DNA of 60,885 nt from positions 1 through 60,885 of the IMG/VR virus record IMGVR_UViG_3300048591_000686, one strand, 5' to 3'. A model generated the notes under the pieces. It saw only the letters and a list, made by a program, of their open reading frames with translations. It did not search any database and was not told where the DNA came from. The stretch is from a virus. Taxonomy: Duplodnaviria; Caudoviricetes. The translations under genes were made by a program, and so were the position numbers. Each line of letters starts with the position of its first letter. Position 1 is the stretch's first letter. Below are positions 27,719-37,366 of this stretch, in pieces.

Positions 27719-29095
27719 ATGCCCACCATCCTAGACCGCATCACATCCCTCTGGCAGCGCCGCGCCACGCCGCCCACCGTCACCGCACCACCCGCAGCCG
27801 CGCCCACCGCACAGGCGACGTTCAGCGCCGCCGCCTTCACCACCCAGCGCGACCGGCGCAGCAAGATCGCCGACTGCCGGCAGATGGTGGAAGACGACCC
27901 GCGGCCCAAGCAGATCCTGGCGACGCTGGCCCGCGACGCCACCAAGGGCGGCTTCACGCTGCAACTGACCGGCCCGCGCGCCGCCGCCGCCCAAGTCATC
28001 GCCGATGCGCTGTTTGCCCGCATCAAGCTCAACACGCGCCTGGATGACTGGGCGCGGCTGACCTTCCGCGACGGCGACACGTTCCTGGAGCTAGGCGTTG
28101 CGGCCAACGGGGAGATTGTCGAGATCACCCGCAAGCCCAGCTTAGAAATGTATCGCTGGTCGGACGACTTTGACCGCTTTTTCGACCCCGCCGCCGCCTT
28201 CTACTGGACGGACCAACCCACGGCCGCCAACACGCCCCCGCCCGGTGCGACGCTGTTCCCCGAGTGGCAGATCGTGCACGCCCGCTGGGACCGCGACGAG
28301 GGCTCACGCTACGGCACACCGCTACTGGCCAGCGCACGCCGTGCGTACAAGAGGATGACGCAGGGGGAGTTGGACATCGCCATCCGGCGCAAAACGCGGG
28401 CCGGCCTGCGCTACCTGCACATCCTGGAGGGCGCGAGCCCCGCAGAGATAGAGGCATACAGGGCGATGAACGCGCCTGCGCTGGGCGACAACTTCGCCGC
28501 GGTCAGTGACTTCTTCAGCAACAAGGCCGGCGGCATCCAACTGCTGCAGGGCGACGCCAACCTCAGCCAAATTGACGACGTGCTGCACCACGTGGACACG
28601 TTCGGCGTGGCGTCGCTGGTGCCGCTGGAACTCATCGGTTACGGGCGCAACCTGAACAGGGATGTGCTCGAACAGAAAAAGGAGCAATACGACGAAGCGG
28701 TAGGCAGCGTGCGCGGCTGGCTGGTGGCTGAATTTATCCTGCCTATCCTGGAGCGCCAGTGGCTGATGCTTGGTATCTGGCCCGACGCGCTAGAGGTCGA
28801 TGTCCAGTGGAAGGCTAAGAAGGAAGCGACGCCGCTGGAACTCAAGGACATGGCAGCGTTCGCCACGGCGGTCAAGGCTGCCAGCATCCTCACCGACCCG
28901 ACACTGCTGCGCATCCTGGCGACGCGGCTGCCGGACTTCGACGTCGACGCGGAGATTGCTGCGCTGGAAGGCGAGGCCGCAGAGCGCGAGGCGGCGGACC
29001 GGCTGGAAATGCAGCGCATGGCAGTCAACGCGCAGGCGGCCGCGCAGGATGGGGGTGACGGTGACGATGATGCCGACCAGGAGGCGCAGCCATAA
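27719..29095 (+). CDS. Portal protein
   Basis: Size and position after terL; RDGDTF, QIVHAR, YGTPLL..ARR motifs. Confidence 0.85.
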   Translation: MPTILDRITSLWQRRATPPTVTAPPAAAPTAQATFSAAAFTTQRDRRSKIADCRQMVEDDPRPKQILATLARDATKGGFTLQLTGPRAAAAQVIADALFARIKLNTRLDDWARLTFRDGDTFLELGVAANGEIVEITRKPSLEMYRWSDDFDRFFDPAAAFYWTDQPTAANTPPPGATLFPEWQIVHARWDRDEGSRYGTPLLASARRAYKRMTQGELDIAIRRKTRAGLRYLHILEGASPAEIEAYRAMNAPALGDNFAAVSDFFSNKAGGIQLLQGDANLSQIDDVLHHVDTFGVASLVPLELIGYGRNLNRDVLEQKKEQYDEAVGSVRGWLVAEFILPILERQWLMLGIWPDALEVDVQWKAKKEATPLELKDMAAFATAVKAASILTDPTLLRILATRLPDFDVDAEIAALEGEAAEREAADRLEMQRMAVNAQAAAQDGGDGDDDADQEAQP

Positions 29096-30267
29096 TGCCC
29101 CCCTTCGTCACCCTGCGCAATGCCGACCGCATCCAACACGTCGCAGTGTCCCGCCTGCAGATTTACGTCGCCGGCCGCGTCCATGCGCTTATCTACCCGT
29201 TCCAAGCGTGGCTCTTGCGCGAGGTGGCCGCCGCCGCCGACGGTGAGGGTATGACCGACGCGGGCCAACTGGCAGGCGTGGTGCGCGCCGCGGAACCGCG
29301 CTGGCGGGCGGTGGTCGAGGACTACACCGCGCTGCTGGCCAGGGCGCGGCAGCAGGCGGGTGACATCGCCTATACGCCGTGGCGACTCAAGCACAACCAC
29401 CTCATCCGGCAGCCCATCGAGCGCATCCAGGAGACGTTTACCCCGTCACTCGACGACTACGCCAAGCTGGTCGAGATGTGGGTCAAGCGCCGCAACTACG
29501 CCCTCCAGGCGGCACAGTCGCGCGTCTACAGCGACGGCCTGAACCTCTCGCAGCGCATCTGGCGGCTGGAACAGGGCGGGATGCAGACCATCCGCAACAC
29601 CATCGCCACCGGCATGGCCGAGCGCACCAACGCCTGGGACCTCGCCGAACGGTTGGAGGGGCAGCTCGCAGCCGGGCAGGACTGGCCCAAATGGAGCGAA
29701 ACGCGGCTGAGCAGGATGGACGCCCGGCAGCGGCTGGCGAGCAAAGAGGGTCTGTGGCGCAACGCCGACGAAATGCGCCGCGGCAATCCCGACGTGACCG
29801 GGCTGCTGACACCGCCGGCCGGCATCAGTTACAACGCACTGCGGCTGGCACGCAACGAGATTCAGGCGGCCAACCATGCGGTGACGAGCGACATTGCGCA
29901 GAATTTCCCCGGCATCGTGGGGCGCAAGGTGGTGCTGAGTCCGGCGCATCCGAAGTCGGACATCTGCGACGATGTGGCGGCGGGCGGGCCGTATGACAAG
30001 AGCTACAACGCACTTCCTTTACATAGCCAATGCCTTTGCCGCTACGAAGAAGTCCTCATGTCGCGCGCTGACTTCACCAAACAGGCGAGCGCATGGGCGC
30101 GGGGGGAAGGCGACTTCCTGGACGGCTATTCGTCCTGGCTGGGCGTGCGCTCCCTGTTCCCGGTCGGCGCGGACGCGGCAGGGCTTTTGGAACTGGCGGC
30201 CACGTTGGATCTGTGGCTTGGTAATGACGTAGACGGCATGGCGACGGTGTTGGATTTGGGGCGGTGA
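29095..30267 (+). CDS. Head morphogenesis (MuF-like) protein
   Basis: LSQRIW, RLARNE, SPAHP..DICD, PLHSQCLC. Confidence 0.8.
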   Translation: MPPFVTLRNADRIQHVAVSRLQIYVAGRVHALIYPFQAWLLREVAAAADGEGMTDAGQLAGVVRAAEPRWRAVVEDYTALLARARQQAGDIAYTPWRLKHNHLIRQPIERIQETFTPSLDDYAKLVEMWVKRRNYALQAAQSRVYSDGLNLSQRIWRLEQGGMQTIRNTIATGMAERTNAWDLAERLEGQLAAGQDWPKWSETRLSRMDARQRLASKEGLWRNADEMRRGNPDVTGLLTPPAGISYNALRLARNEIQAANHAVTSDIAQNFPGIVGRKVVLSPAHPKSDICDDVAAGGPYDKSYNALPLHSQCLCRYEEVLMSRADFTKQASAWARGEGDFLDGYSSWLGVRSLFPVGADAAGLLELAATLDLWLGNDVDGMATVLDLGR

Positions 30268-30350
30268 TGGGCGGTCATTTTGAGGCGGCGCATTATACCA
30301 CTGTTTTTGTGCCGCATTGTTCCTCATTGCGGGGCGACGTTAGGGGATAA

Positions 30351-30551
30351 ATGGAAACTGGCGGGACAGTACAGGGGGCAAGGCGGCGCGTGAAGTGCCG
30401 GTACGTTCCAGTCGTGGTGAACGGGCGGCTCGCCTTCCGTTACGATCCGCTGCGCCAGATTGTCGAATGGCAGTATCGTGGCGAGAAGCACTACATAGAT
30501 CTGGCATCTATCGAGGTAGACGAGCAAGGTATAGACAAGTCAGTAAGTTAG
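30351..30551 (+). CDS. Small hypothetical protein
   Basis: GRLAFRYDP..IVEW..RGEKHYIDL. Confidence 0.55.
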   Translation: METGGTVQGARRRVKCRYVPVVVNGRLAFRYDPLRQIVEWQYRGEKHYIDLASIEVDEQGIDKSVS

Positions 30552-30591
30552 TGCTACACTACTTCTAGCACTTAATCAAAAATGTAAGCGC

Positions 30592-30645
30592 AAGAGGCGC
30601 ATTCTGTAAGCGGCAAGACCGCCGCCAGAGTGCGCCTCTTTTTGT
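30592..30645 (+). terminator. Terminator-like hairpin in the capsid-gene leader
   Basis: AAGAGGCGCATTCTG...CAGAGTGCGCCTCTT followed by TTT; downstream of a TAGACA/TACACT promoter-like sequence at ~30532-30559. Confidence 0.6.
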
Positions 30646-30671
30646 TGCCCTGAACCGGCGAGGCGTGACCC

Positions 30672-33260
30672 ATGCAACTGACAGAACAACAATTCGTAGC
30701 GGCAGTGCTCAGACACTTCGGGCTGACTGAGTCGCTGACCGAGGCGCTGCGCAGCGATGCGAGCATGGAGGCGCAGAAAGCCGAGCTAGCGCAGGCCCTG
30801 CGCACCTGGGCGGGCCGTCCAGCGAACGACGTACACGTCGTTTTCACCTTTGCCGACCGCCTGATCGCCTACTCCTGGGCAGAGAGCGACGCCTACAGCG
30901 GGCAGGCGGCATGGGAGATTCCCTGGCAGCGCAACGAGGCCGGCGTGATTGTTTTCGGGCTGCCGGTCCAGGTGAAGGTGATCGAGACATTTGAACCCGT
31001 CACCGAAAGCGTCACCGAATCCGCCGCCCCCGGCAAGCCCCCACGCGGCCAGCGGCTGCAAGAGACGGTCGAACAGACGCTCACCGTCACCGAATCCAAG
31101 AGTGACGGTGGCCCGCGCAAAATCAAGGCCATCGGCATCACCGCCGACGTGGTCAACGGCAACGGGCGGCGCTACCCGCGTCGCGTCCTGGCAGAAGCGG
31201 TGGCCCGGCTCAACGGCCATCTGCATGAGAGCAATGGGCAGGGTCAATTCATCGCGACGGGCGAGGCGGAACATCCGTCCGACAAGGGCCAGCGCGCCAA
31301 CATCCTGGAAACGGTAGTCAAGTGGCAGACGGCATCCCTGGACGCACCTGGACGGGTGCTGCTGGAAGGCGTCATTCTGCCCACCGCTAAGGGGCGCGAC
31401 GTGCAGGTGCTGGTCGAGGCCGGCGTTCCTATCGGCGTTTCGATGCGTGGATATGGGTCATCCCGCGCCATCCAGTTGGACGGAGAGAGCGTGCAGGAAG
31501 TGACCGAGTTAACGATCAAGGGCTTCGACCTGGTGGCGCAACCCAGTGACCCCAACGGGGCCATCACGGAAACGGCGCAACCGGTCGAGGCGAACAAACT
31601 ACAGGAGGCACAACGAATGACCGAGGAAGAGCGCAAGGCACTGGAGGAAGCGAACCGCAAGCTCCAGGCAGATTTAGAGGAATCGCGCAAGCTCCAGGCC
31701 GACCAGGCTAAGAGCTTGGAGGAGGCGCAGAAGGCGCAGACCGAACTGGCAGAGCGCAAGGCGCGCGAGGCGGTGGAAGCGGCAATCACCGAGGCGACTA
31801 AGGATCTCAAGTACGGCGATGCGCTGAACCTGAGCTTTGCCGAGTCGCTGCGGGCCGCCAAGCCTGCCGACGCTGCGGCTGTCAAGGCGCTGGTGGAAGC
31901 CAAGCGCGCCGAGTACGACAGCATCGTCGCCGCCATTCGCCTGGGTGGCATGGGCAAGGATGTCAGGGTCGTGGGACCGACGTTTGAGCGCGAAACTGGA
32001 CGGCCGGAGTTCACCCGCGCCGCCTACGAACTGAGCGAGTCGCTGGTCAAGTCCGGCGAGGGGCAGCGCCGCGACTTCGGGCGCAACGACGCCAGCCGCG
32101 GCGAACTGTTCACTGCTCAGGTGCTGGAGCGCTTTGACCGCATCAATCAGCGCCACTTGCTGGCAGAGGCGCGGGCGTTCGAGGAAGCCGAAACCACGTC
32201 GGATCTGTCGCTGCCCTACAGTGTGTCCCGTATGATTATCGAGCAGGCTTACCCTGAGTTGGTGGCGGCCAACGTCTACGACTTCGGCGTGACCGACGTC
32301 AGTCCGGCTAAGATTTTCTACGAAGCCTACGCGGGCGAGTCCGGCGCGAGCGCGACCGTCACCGACGAAGTGGTCGCGGCGTCGCTAGCAGGCTGGGTGC
32401 AACTCGCCAACAAGCGCATCCGTCCCGGCACGGTGGTGCTGACCCACACGTCCGGCTCCCCGACCTATGTCGAGGGCACGGATTACGTGATGGATTACGA
32501 AGAAGGCAAAGTACTCGCCATCGCCACGATCACCGAAGCGCAGTCGCTGAAAATCGACTACGTGGCCGACCTGTTCCGCCGCGGTGAGAATGTCGCCATC
32601 CAGCGGGCCAAGAACACGCTGTCCGATGCGCTGGTCACAATGGCTGCCGACCGGCTTGCCACCCAGATCACCAAGGAGGCCATCGTTTTCAGCCGCTCGC
32701 AGTTGGGCTACGACGCGGTGACGCGCACCCTGGGCAACCTGGCGCGGCTGCTGCGGCGCAAGATTGACAAGGACATCCTGTGGAAGGGCTTGACCTATGC
32801 CCTCAAGCAGGCCAACAACAGCGGCGGCACTTGGACGGCGAGCAGCGATGCAATCAGCATCCTGGCGACCTACATCGGTATCGCCAAGACGAAGATTTAC
32901 AACCGCTACTACATGCCTACGGCCATCGTGATGAGCGCGACCAACGCCGACCGCCTGAGCAACTGGACGGACGGCTTCAAGCGCGACGGCTTCCCCAATG
33001 CGACGCTCAACGCGGCCGGGTTTGCGGGCGGTGTCAAGGGCCTGCCGATCTTCACCTCGACGGAGTTCCCGGACGGCTACATTCAGATCGTCAACCGCGA
33101 GCTGGTGGCGCACCGGGTCATGCAGCCGATGACCATCTTCGGGCCGTTCCCGTCCTACGAAAACGGGCTGCTGGTCGCGGCTGACCAGTACTACATGGAG
33201 GAGTTCAACGGCTCCTACGTGCCGGTCGAGCAGAAGACGTCCTACGTCAAGGTGGCGTAA
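30672..33260 (+). CDS. Prohead protease-scaffold-major capsid polyprotein
   Basis: T4 gp21-like NGNGRRYP, GEAEHP, GVSMRGYGS, FDLVAQPS; coiled-coil scaffold; capsid-like C-terminus. Confidence 0.88.
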   Translation: MQLTEQQFVAAVLRHFGLTESLTEALRSDASMEAQKAELAQALRTWAGRPANDVHVVFTFADRLIAYSWAESDAYSGQAAWEIPWQRNEAGVIVFGLPVQVKVIETFEPVTESVTESAAPGKPPRGQRLQETVEQTLTVTESKSDGGPRKIKAIGITADVVNGNGRRYPRRVLAEAVARLNGHLHESNGQGQFIATGEAEHPSDKGQRANILETVVKWQTASLDAPGRVLLEGVILPTAKGRDVQVLVEAGVPIGVSMRGYGSSRAIQLDGESVQEVTELTIKGFDLVAQPSDPNGAITETAQPVEANKLQEAQRMTEEERKALEEANRKLQADLEESRKLQADQAKSLEEAQKAQTELAERKAREAVEAAITEATKDLKYGDALNLSFAESLRAAKPADAAAVKALVEAKRAEYDSIVAAIRLGGMGKDVRVVGPTFERETGRPEFTRAAYELSESLVKSGEGQRRDFGRNDASRGELFTAQVLERFDRINQRHLLAEARAFEEAETTSDLSLPYSVSRMIIEQAYPELVAANVYDFGVTDVSPAKIFYEAYAGESGASATVTDEVVAASLAGWVQLANKRIRPGTVVLTHTSGSPTYVEGTDYVMDYEEGKVLAIATITEAQSLKIDYVADLFRRGENVAIQRAKNTLSDALVTMAADRLATQITKEAIVFSRSQLGYDAVTRTLGNLARLLRRKIDKDILWKGLTYALKQANNSGGTWTASSDAISILATYIGIAKTKIYNRYYMPTAIVMSATNADRLSNWTDGFKRDGFPNATLNAAGFAGGVKGLPIFTSTEFPDGYIQIVNRELVAHRVMQPMTIFGPFPSYENGLLVAADQYYMEEFNGSYVPVEQKTSYVKVA

Positions 33261-33327
33261 CCCTAGTTACGCAGAGCAACAGCACAGCAGGGGAGGCGAT
33301 AAACCTCCCCTTTCCCTTGGAGGAAAC

Positions 33328-33822
33328 GTGAACGCAAAACAAGTTTCAATGATGGCTGCGGGTCTGATGCTGGCGTTGGCGTTGTTCGTCGTGGCCCAAC
33401 CCGCTCCCGCGCCCGCCGCTGCGCAGGATGCGCCGTCCAGCCAGTTGACGGTGGATGTGTTGAACGCCACCTACATCGCGACCAGCACCGTCAACACCGC
33501 CGCCCCCAACGTAGACGTGCAGGGGCGCGACGTGAGCAAGACCGCCGGCTGGAAGTCGGTTGACATCTTCGTGACCGGCGATGTGTCCGGCACGGCCTGG
33601 CTGACCGCTACGGCCCAGGTGAGCGCCGACGGGGTGAACTGGACCAACGCCGATTACGAATACTGGACCGGCAGCGCCATCGCATCGAAAACGCACGCGC
33701 GCTCGCTAAACGCCGACGGCTCCGAGTACATGACACTGCCCCTCGCGGGCGAGTTCTGGCGCCTGAGCGTGCAGACCACGGGCGGCGTTACGACCACAGT
33801 CAAGGCGACACTGCGCCGCTAG
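33328..33822 (+). CDS. Signal-peptide-bearing beta-sandwich protein
   Basis: MNAKQ + hydrophobic stretch + AAA-Q; beta-rich with QVSADGVNW. Confidence 0.75.
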   Translation: MNAKQVSMMAAGLMLALALFVVAQPAPAPAAAQDAPSSQLTVDVLNATYIATSTVNTAAPNVDVQGRDVSKTAGWKSVDIFVTGDVSGTAWLTATAQVSADGVNWTNADYEYWTGSAIASKTHARSLNADGSEYMTLPLAGEFWRLSVQTTGGVTTTVKATLRR

Positions 33823-33830
33823 GAGGCACG

Positions 33831-34112
33831 ATGCTGACAGTCCAGTATATCGGCAAAGGCGAACGCACCATCGGCACGCAGGTGGCCTATCCTGGCGAGA
33901 TGCTGACCACGACGCCCAACATGCTTGCGGCATGGCGGGCGCAGTATGGCGACGTGTTCGCCGTGCCGGGTGAAGCCGCACCGGAACAGGCACCGGAACA
34001 GGCACCGGCAGACGAAGCCGCGCCGGGTGAAGCCGCACCGGAACAGGCACCGGAACAGGCACCGGCAGACGAAGCCGCGCCCAAGGCTCCCCGGAGCAAG
34101 GCCGCCAAATGA
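33831..34112 (+). CDS. Small head-module protein with AP/EQ repeats
   Basis: AGGAGG SD; low-complexity tail. Confidence 0.7.
   Translation: MLTVQYIGKGERTIGTQVAYPGEMLTTTPNMLAAWRAQYGDVFAVPGEAAPEQAPEQAPADEAAPGEAAPEQAPEQAPADEAAPKAPRSKAAK
33965..34080. repeat. 57-bp tandem duplication containing 12-bp subrepeats
   Basis: GCCGGGTGAAGCCGCACCGGAACAGGCACCGGAACAGGCACCGGCAGACGAAGCCGC x2. Confidence 0.9.
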
Positions 34113-34765
34113 CCATCTCCCTCGCCACCCTTGCCGACCGGCTGCAACGCAGCGCGCCACAGCGTAACGGCGTACCCAGCGACTACGAACAATTGTGCCG
34201 CGATGCCGTGGCGCAGTTGTCGCAGGACCTGCCCGTCATCACGACCGCTACCATCCAGGTAACTGCGGGCGTGGCGAGCTATGCGCTGCCGGCGGATTTC
34301 CTCAGTGTCATCGAACTGGGAGGCGTGGGGTGGGGCGGCGGCGTGATCGTAGGCGACAACGGGCTGATTCCGGTCGGCAACGGCTGGCAGGAGGCGCACT
34401 ACATCGAAGGCGACAGTATCCGCCTTGACCCCGTGCCGGCCTACACTGCCGCTCGCACGCTGCGCTACGCGGCGCGGCATGTGGCCGCGGCAGGCATCTA
34501 CGGGCGGCTCAGTGAGAACGGGGCGCGTGTGGCGCTGCTGTATGCACAGTACCTGGCGCTGATGGAACAGGCGAACGCGGTGGCCGGCGACGGTTGGAGC
34601 TACAAGATCGGCGACGAATCGGTGGACAAGCGCGGCGTGGGCGCGGCCATCCAGGCGCAGGCAGCGCAGGCGCTCACCGGCTATCACAACGCCGTGCGCC
34701 CGCTGCAAGGCTATGGGTCGCGCTACCGGGCAAATCCGTTCAGCGCCGCGGCAATGGAGGTCTGA
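34109..34765 (+). CDS. Head-tail adaptor
   Basis: Position; YALPADF and YKIGDESVDK motifs. Confidence 0.7.
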   Translation: MTISLATLADRLQRSAPQRNGVPSDYEQLCRDAVAQLSQDLPVITTATIQVTAGVASYALPADFLSVIELGGVGWGGGVIVGDNGLIPVGNGWQEAHYIEGDSIRLDPVPAYTAARTLRYAARHVAAAGIYGRLSENGARVALLYAQYLALMEQANAVAGDGWSYKIGDESVDKRGVGAAIQAQAAQALTGYHNAVRPLQGYGSRYRANPFSAAAMEV

Positions 34766-35091
34766 TGCTTACCGAAGCTGACCGCAACCAAATCACCGCC
34801 GACCTGCTGGCCATCCGCAACGAACGGCCCCAGAGCATCGCCATCCGGCGCGGCAACCAGACGCTCGTCGCGCAGACGGTGCGCATCGCCCGCGGGGGCA
34901 ACATCCAGGCCGGCACGTCGGACCTGGAGGCCATCCAGGCGGCAGTGGGCGCGGCCATCGTGGTGGGTGACGCGGCGCTCAATATTCAGCCCGGCGATCG
35001 CTTCACGGTGGGGGCAATGCTCTACGAGGTGACGGCCATCCACCCCAACCGCGACCACGGCACGCAGGCGCAGGCGAGGCAGGTGCACTAA
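34765..35091 (+). CDS. Head closure/stopper protein
   Basis: IQPGDRFTVG..YEVTAI. Confidence 0.7.
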   Translation: MLTEADRNQITADLLAIRNERPQSIAIRRGNQTLVAQTVRIARGGNIQAGTSDLEAIQAAVGAAIVVGDAALNIQPGDRFTVGAMLYEVTAIHPNRDHGTQAQARQVH

Positions 35092-35465
35092 TGCCTACGC
35101 AGACCTCCGGTATCCGCTGGCAGCGCCCACCGAGCGAGCTGGCGACGGCCATCGAACGCTACGGCGACCGCGTGCTGCGGACCGTGGCGGCCATCGCGCA
35201 GTACACCGCTACGCAGATGCAGAACGACGCCAAGAATAACGCGCCCTGGACGGACAGGACCGGCAATGCGCGGACAGGCCTGTTCGGGACGAGCGAGGCC
35301 GACTTTGCGGCGAAGGTGGTGACGATCTACCTGAGTCACGGGGCGACTATAAATTATGGTGTTTGGCTCGAACTCGCGAATTCGTCCAGGTATGCGTGCA
35401 TCATGCCTGCAATGCAATCCCACTACGAGCCCCTGATGCAGATGCTGCGGGAGGCGTTCGCGTGA
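35091..35465 (+). CDS. HK97 gp10-like neck protein
   Basis: AKNNAPWTDRTGNAR..YGVWLE. Confidence 0.8.
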   Translation: MPTQTSGIRWQRPPSELATAIERYGDRVLRTVAAIAQYTATQMQNDAKNNAPWTDRTGNARTGLFGTSEADFAAKVVTIYLSHGATINYGVWLELANSSRYACIMPAMQSHYEPLMQMLREAFA

Positions 35466-35887
35466 GTGCCTACGCCGCCATCCTCGCAGCCCTCCAAGGC
35501 GACGCGCAGCTTGCGGCCATCCTCACCGGCGGTCTGTACGACGGTTTGACCGTGACCGACATCAGCCGGCAGGCGACGCCGCTAGCCTATGACGCCTACC
35601 AGGAGCTCAAGCCCTGCGGCCTGCTCAAGATGGAGACACAGGCGCCCACCGGCCCCCACCCCGACGGGTCGCGGCTGTTCGTAGTGCTGTGGCTGTATCA
35701 GCAGCATGGCAGTGCAGCGATCGACGCCGCGCGGGCGCGGGCCTACCACGTGCTGCACCGGCAGACGTTGGCGGGTGCGTGGGACGTCAGGCACGCTGAC
35801 GACATTCTGGGCATCGAGATTCAGGCGCTAGGCGTGCCGGCCATTATGTCGAGATACGTGGCGACGGTGAACAGGAGCGCGGGCTAA
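35462..35887 (+). CDS. Tail terminator-like protein
   Basis: AILAALQGDAQLAAILTGG N-terminus; position before the tail tube. Confidence 0.7.
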   Translation: MSAYAAILAALQGDAQLAAILTGGLYDGLTVTDISRQATPLAYDAYQELKPCGLLKMETQAPTGPHPDGSRLFVVLWLYQQHGSAAIDAARARAYHVLHRQTLAGAWDVRHADDILGIEIQALGVPAIMSRYVATVNRSAG

Positions 35888-36396
35888 TGGCAGGCTACGG
35901 CAATTACCCCTTTGGGCTGCGGCAGATTGCGCTCTACAGCAGCGACGGCACCGGCAAGGTGCTCCTGCCCGTGGCGCTGATGCTGCACGTCACCCCGCTG
36001 CTGGAGTCGGCGCGCTTCGAAGCGGATGGGCACCTCGTGGGCGCGGCGTCGTTCGTGGCGGGTGCGGAGTGGGAGTTGGAGGCGGGCGGCATCTCTTTGG
36101 AGGCGCTCGCCAAGTTGACCGGCGGCGCGGCCAACCAGGTGGGGAGCACGCCCAACCGCACGTTGACGCTCAGCCAGGACGCTGGGGCCCACATGCCCTA
36201 CCTGCGCATCGCGGGGCGGGCCGTGGCGGCCGACGGCGGGGACATCATCGCCCGGCTCTACCGCTGCAAGGTGGAGGCGCTGGAGGGCACGTTCCGCGAT
36301 GGGGAGTTTTGGGTGAGTTACGCCAAGGGGGTCGCGGTGACAAACGGCTCCCTCGTGTATGAGTTTGTGCAACAAGAGACAGTGGCCGCGCTCTAG
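35887..36396 (+). CDS. Tail tube protein paralog 1
   Basis: PFGLRQI, EWELEAGGIS, PYLRIAG, LYRCK. Confidence 0.75.
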   Translation: MAGYGNYPFGLRQIALYSSDGTGKVLLPVALMLHVTPLLESARFEADGHLVGAASFVAGAEWELEAGGISLEALAKLTGGAANQVGSTPNRTLTLSQDAGAHMPYLRIAGRAVAADGGDIIARLYRCKVEALEGTFRDGEFWVSYAKGVAVTNGSLVYEFVQQETVAAL

Positions 36397-36413
36397 CGGC
36401 AAGGAGATACATC

Positions 36414-36938
36414 ATGCCATTGACAAGCAACACCAAGCCGTTTGGTCTGCGCCAGATCACGCTGGTGCCGCTGCCCTCGGGCACCGCCGTAGTGCTGCCG
36501 GCTGCGCAGACGTTGAGCTTTAATGAATCGCTGATTTCGGGCGAGTTGCGCGGCGATGACGCGGTACAGGCCATCGCCAGCATCACAGACAAGATCGAGT
36601 GGGAGTTTGAGGCGGGCGGCATCAGCTTCGACGCTATCAAGGTGATGACGGGCCGCACCATTGCCGCGACCGGCACGACGCCCGCCCAGAAAAACACCTT
36701 GACCATCGCTGCCGGCGACACATCGCCGTACTTCAAAATCTACGGGAAGATCATCAATGACGACGGCAGCGACATCCATGTGCTGCTCTACAAGTGCAAG
36801 CTGACCGGCGGCCTAAAGGGCGAATTTGCGGACGGGGAGTTTTACATTCAGTCCTGCGAAGGCATCGCCATCACCAACGGCACGAAGATCGCAGAGATCG
36901 TCCACAACGAGACGGCGACCACGGTGCCTGCCAGCTAA
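36414..36938 (+). CDS. Major tail tube protein (paralog 2)
   Basis: PFGLRQI, EWEFEAGGIS, PYFKIYG, LYKCK; AAGGAG SD. Confidence 0.8.
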   Translation: MPLTSNTKPFGLRQITLVPLPSGTAVVLPAAQTLSFNESLISGELRGDDAVQAIASITDKIEWEFEAGGISFDAIKVMTGRTIAATGTTPAQKNTLTIAAGDTSPYFKIYGKIINDDGSDIHVLLYKCKLTGGLKGEFADGEFYIQSCEGIAITNGTKIAEIVHNETATTVPAS

Positions 36939-36958
36939 GGCAGTCAGGAGCGCGACAC

Positions 36959-37366
36959 ATGAACCTTGCAGAATGGCGCGCACGGCAAAGCCAGGGGGAG
37001 GCGTTCACCCTCCCCTCCGGCCTGGACGTGCGGCTTAAGAAAGTGACGCTAATCGACCTCGCGCACGGCGGGCAGATCCCGACGACGCTGCGGGCACCGG
37101 TGGCCGAGATGCTCAAGCGCAAGCCGGACCAACCGGTGGACCTGGGCGACGTCGAGAAATTCGGGCAGGTGCTCGACGTGGTGGCGCGGGCCTGCATTGT
37201 CGAGCCTGCGGAGTTGGACCCGGCAGAACTGCCCAGCGCCGACAAGCAGGTGATCTTCAACTGGGCGAACGCGGCGGCGGGACGCCTGGAGCCTTTTCGT
37301 GGCGAACAAGGCGCAGGCGTGGAATCTACATTCGTTGTCGGCGACGTACCACCGGCTGCCCAGTGA
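36959..37366 (+). CDS. Tail assembly chaperone (G)
   Basis: TLPSG..L..G.IP; lies between tail tube and TMP. Confidence 0.8.
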   Translation: MNLAEWRARQSQGEAFTLPSGLDVRLKKVTLIDLAHGGQIPTTLRAPVAEMLKRKPDQPVDLGDVEKFGQVLDVVARACIVEPAELDPAELPSADKQVIFNWANAAAGRLEPFRGEQGAGVESTFVVGDVPPAAQ

